A DNA stretch of 63,981 nucleotides, the filler included, from Bdellovibrionota bacterium (lineage in GTDB: Bacteria > Bdellovibrionota > Bdellovibrionia > Bdellovibrionales > JAEYZS01): the NCBI GenBank assembly GCA_963169515.1. It is 5 parts of 5 records of this genome, joined end to end, with 100 filler letters (N's around TTAATTAATTAA, not from the genome) between each part and the next. Parts side by side here need not be neighbours in the genome. Positions count along the whole stretch, not along the records: positions 60,658 to 63,981 come from CAUJEF010000118.1; 4 more parts are not named here. The stretch is one strand, 5' to 3'. The position numbers and the translations under genes were made by a program. Numbering within the stretch: the first letter of the stretch is position 1; each line of letters begins with the position of its first letter. Of the stretch, positions 61,730 to 63,981 are shown piece after piece. Under the pieces are notes generated by a model, which saw nothing but the letters and a program-made list of their open reading frames with translations, was not told the DNA's origin and ran no database searches.

Positions 61730-61837
61730 CCCCCAACGGAACCGAATCGGAGCCAAACTGACCCCAACCTTAAACCTTTATTCTATTTCAGCAATCCCTG
61801 TGCCGAATATCATTCTCTTTTTAACCCTAAAAGCTCT

Positions 61838-62638
61838 TTAAAAACAAGCTCTCCCTATTGTACGGCGAGTATTTCGCTTCCAAATAAGAAAAATGCCTAA
61901 TGTAATCAAAAATATGCTTATTACTGTCGATATCGTAAGCCCCAATAAAGCTGGCCCCCGATAGTCATCGCGCAGATCTTCCATGACAATTCTTTGAATT
62001 CCAAAAAGAATCATCCAAACAAAAAATAGCGCTCCAGGTTGCTTAAAGATAGAGGGCAGTCTTATTCTGAATTTTTCAATGCCAAATAAAATTCCAAAAA
62101 TAAAAACCGATGCAATAAGATCATAGATAGGCACTGGATGGCGCAAAACTCCCGCGGGTGGGCTTCCGATAGAATCAGGATATTGGATTGCCCATGGTAA
62201 ATCGCATTCCATACCGTAACAGCATCCCGCAAGCAGACACCCCAGGCGGCCTATCCCGTAACCGATCGCAAGAAGGGGGGCAAACGCATCCATCCATGCA
62301 AATGGATTTTCTTTTTTGCGCCGAACGATCCAAAAAGCGGCGAGAAAACCGCCGAGCAGGCCACCATAAAATACAAATCCACCCTCCCATACTTTGAAAA
62401 TTTCAGCAGGATTTTCGATATAATACTGAGGGTATTCGAAAATCACGTGGAGCAGGCGTGATCCCACAAGTCCACCAATCATAATTGCAATCGAAATATC
62501 CATAGCGGTTTGATAACCCAAGCCGAGCTTGCGGGAGCGTACGTAAATCCAATAGGTACAAAGACAGTAAAGAAAACTGATAATCACAAGATAACTTGGA
62601 AAAAAAATGGTCTCAGTGATATGTATCAGAGGGTACAT
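61838..62638 (-). CDS. lgt: Divergent prolipoprotein diacylglyceryl transferase paralog (GCCYG type)
   Basis: GSRLLHV, GGFVFYGG, GRLGCLLAGCCYG, RHPVPIY, R..MEDLR. Confidence 0.8.
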   Translation of the reverse strand: MYPLIHITETIFFPSYLVIISFLYCLCTYWIYVRSRKLGLGYQTAMDISIAIMIGGLVGSRLLHVIFEYPQYYIENPAEIFKVWEGGFVFYGGLLGGFLAAFWIVRRKKENPFAWMDAFAPLLAIGYGIGRLGCLLAGCCYGMECDLPWAIQYPDSIGSPPAGVLRHPVPIYDLIASVFIFGILFGIEKFRIRLPSIFKQPGALFFVWMILFGIQRIVMEDLRDDYRGPALLGLTISTVISIFLITLGIFLIWKRNTRRTIGRACF

Positions 62639-63115
62639 CTACACAGCGCCTTCGTAGCAAACGCTTTGGCCCTCGGTTTCTGTCACCGTGATGATCATGT
62701 TTTTAACTTCTTTATGAAGTTTTGGTTTTAATTTGGACCAGAAATATCTAGCTAGCTCTTCTACTGTTATATTTGATATTTCTAAAAGCTTTACGTCTTC
62801 TTTCGGAAAGCTGTAGTTTTTTTTACCGAAGGTGACTTGAACCTGTCCTTTTTCTTTTATTATCTTAAGGAAGGGGGATTTCGTAGGAATCAAAACGAAT
62901 TCATCCAATTCCGTGCACAGTTTTTCAATATGCGGTTTTATTTTATTAAAATCAAAAGCCATCCCCAGCTTTTCATTTATACTTTTAACTGTAAGCTCGC
63001 AAACCACCTGATAGTTATGTCCATGCAATCGCTCGGAATGATTTTTTTCCAAAATAGTAAAGTGGGAGCTTGAGAATTTATATTTTTCCTTCCCAAGCTG
63101 AATGGTATAAATCAT
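62639..63115 (-). CDS. 6-pyruvoyltetrahydropterin synthase family (T-fold), PTPS-III-type motif
   Basis: FSSSH, ERLHGHNY, DF..IK, TVEELA, V.ET. Confidence 0.85.
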   Translation of the reverse strand: MIYTIQLGKEKYKFSSSHFTILEKNHSERLHGHNYQVVCELTVKSINEKLGMAFDFNKIKPHIEKLCTELDEFVLIPTKSPFLKIIKEKGQVQVTFGKKNYSFPKEDVKLLEISNITVEELARYFWSKLKPKLHKEVKNMIITVTETEGQSVCYEGAV

Positions 63116-63981
63116 TTTTCACCCTCAAGCCGGATTGTGTAGGATGCAGGAATTGGTTTTTTGATTCGTAATCTAAGAATTACAAGACCTGAAATGATCA
63201 TGAGTGTGCATAAAATTTGACCCATGGATAAGTACCGAAAGAAAAATCCCAGTTGAACGTCAGGCTCTCTAAAAAACTCAATAATGAAGCGTGCAACCCC
63301 GTAAAGAATTAAAAACCAAGCAGACAAGATACCTGTTCTCTTCCATTCCACCTGAAGCTTTTTAATTTTGGTATCGCCTTTTGTGGCGACATACGGCATC
63401 GGAGCATAACCTTTTTTTTGTTCAAATCGTTCAATCAATTTCAATACCAATAGAACACAAAGTCCTTCAGTGAACGCTTGATATAACTGGGAAGGATGTC
63501 GTGGCATTTCGCCACCCATTGGGAAAATCACAGCCCAAGGCACGTCCGCCGCGCGACCATAAAGTTCGCCGTTGATAAAATTTCCTATGCGCCCGAAAAT
63601 AATTCCCAGTGCTGAACCAAAAACGACACTGTCCATAAGATGAAAAAATCCAAAGCCATATTTTCGGGCGAACATGATTACGCCGACAATAAATCCAAGC
63701 CCGGCTCCGTGAAACGAAAGACCGCCTTTCCAAATCGCTGGGATCTCTGATAAGTTTTCCATGTAATAGTATGGGTTATAAACCAGAACGTAAATTAGCC
63801 GAGACCCAACGATCATTCCCAAAATCAAATACGTCAGCAGGGTTTGAATTTGATCAAGGTTGGGGGCAAGTAATCCTCTTTTATGTCGGCGGGCCAACAG
63901 CAAAAACCCAAGGACGAAGCCGACCAGGTACATCGTTCCATACCATCGGATTTCGACAGGACCAAGTGCCACAATGACCGG
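63112..63981 (-). CDS. lgt: Canonical prolipoprotein diacylglyceryl transferase (5' end outside the window)
   Basis: RWYG, GSRL.YV, GGLSFHG, GRIGNFINGELYGR, RHPSQLY, EFFREPD. Confidence 0.95.
   Translation of the reverse strand, partial: PVIVALGPVEIRWYGTMYLVGFVLGFLLLARRHKRGLLAPNLDQIQTLLTYLILGMIVGSRLIYVLVYNPYYYMENLSEIPAIWKGGLSFHGAGLGFIVGVIMFARKYGFGFFHLMDSVVFGSALGIIFGRIGNFINGELYGRAADVPWAVIFPMGGEMPRHPSQLYQAFTEGLCVLLVLKLIERFEQKKGYAPMPYVATKGDTKIKKLQVEWKRTGILSAWFLILYGVARFIIEFFREPDVQLGFFFRYLSMGQILCTLMIISGLVILRLRIKKPIPASYTIRLEGEK

Noticed and set aside
78..63977. Numerous short ORFs overlapping longer genes (e.g. 15639..16133, 20878..21402, 36795..37280)
   Set aside because: Antisense or alternate-frame shadows of well-supported genes, with no motifs or RBS.

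Overview
Five contig pieces joined by artificial 100-nt linkers (N44-TTAATTAATTAA-N44), so adjacency across linkers is not meaningful. Gene content suggests a Bdellovibrionota-type bacterium (inference from FNNC-type lipoprotein signals, sigma54/sigma28 flagellar control and many orphan secreted proteins). Most of the window is housekeeping: MFS, ilvE, alkA, beta-oxidation, ruvCAB, efp, trmFO, mlaFED, two flagellar operons, oppDF and two lgt genes. The most unusual region lies downstream of tRNA-Cys (17.2-26.6 kb). It holds a DUF4258/DUF2283-HTH toxin-antitoxin pair with phased operator-like repeats, then six exported proteins, then an HExxH protein and a Y1/RAYT-like transposase. Four of the six exported proteins carry the same 18-residue tag, C-P-P-x6-G-G-x4-T-x-C, with its first Cys at residue +3 of the predicted mature protein. 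The other two are Pro/Thr-stalked lipoproteins without the tag. A separate contig carries a truncated >2300-aa teneurin-like lipoprotein with a ZU5-like HFS autoproteolysis motif.
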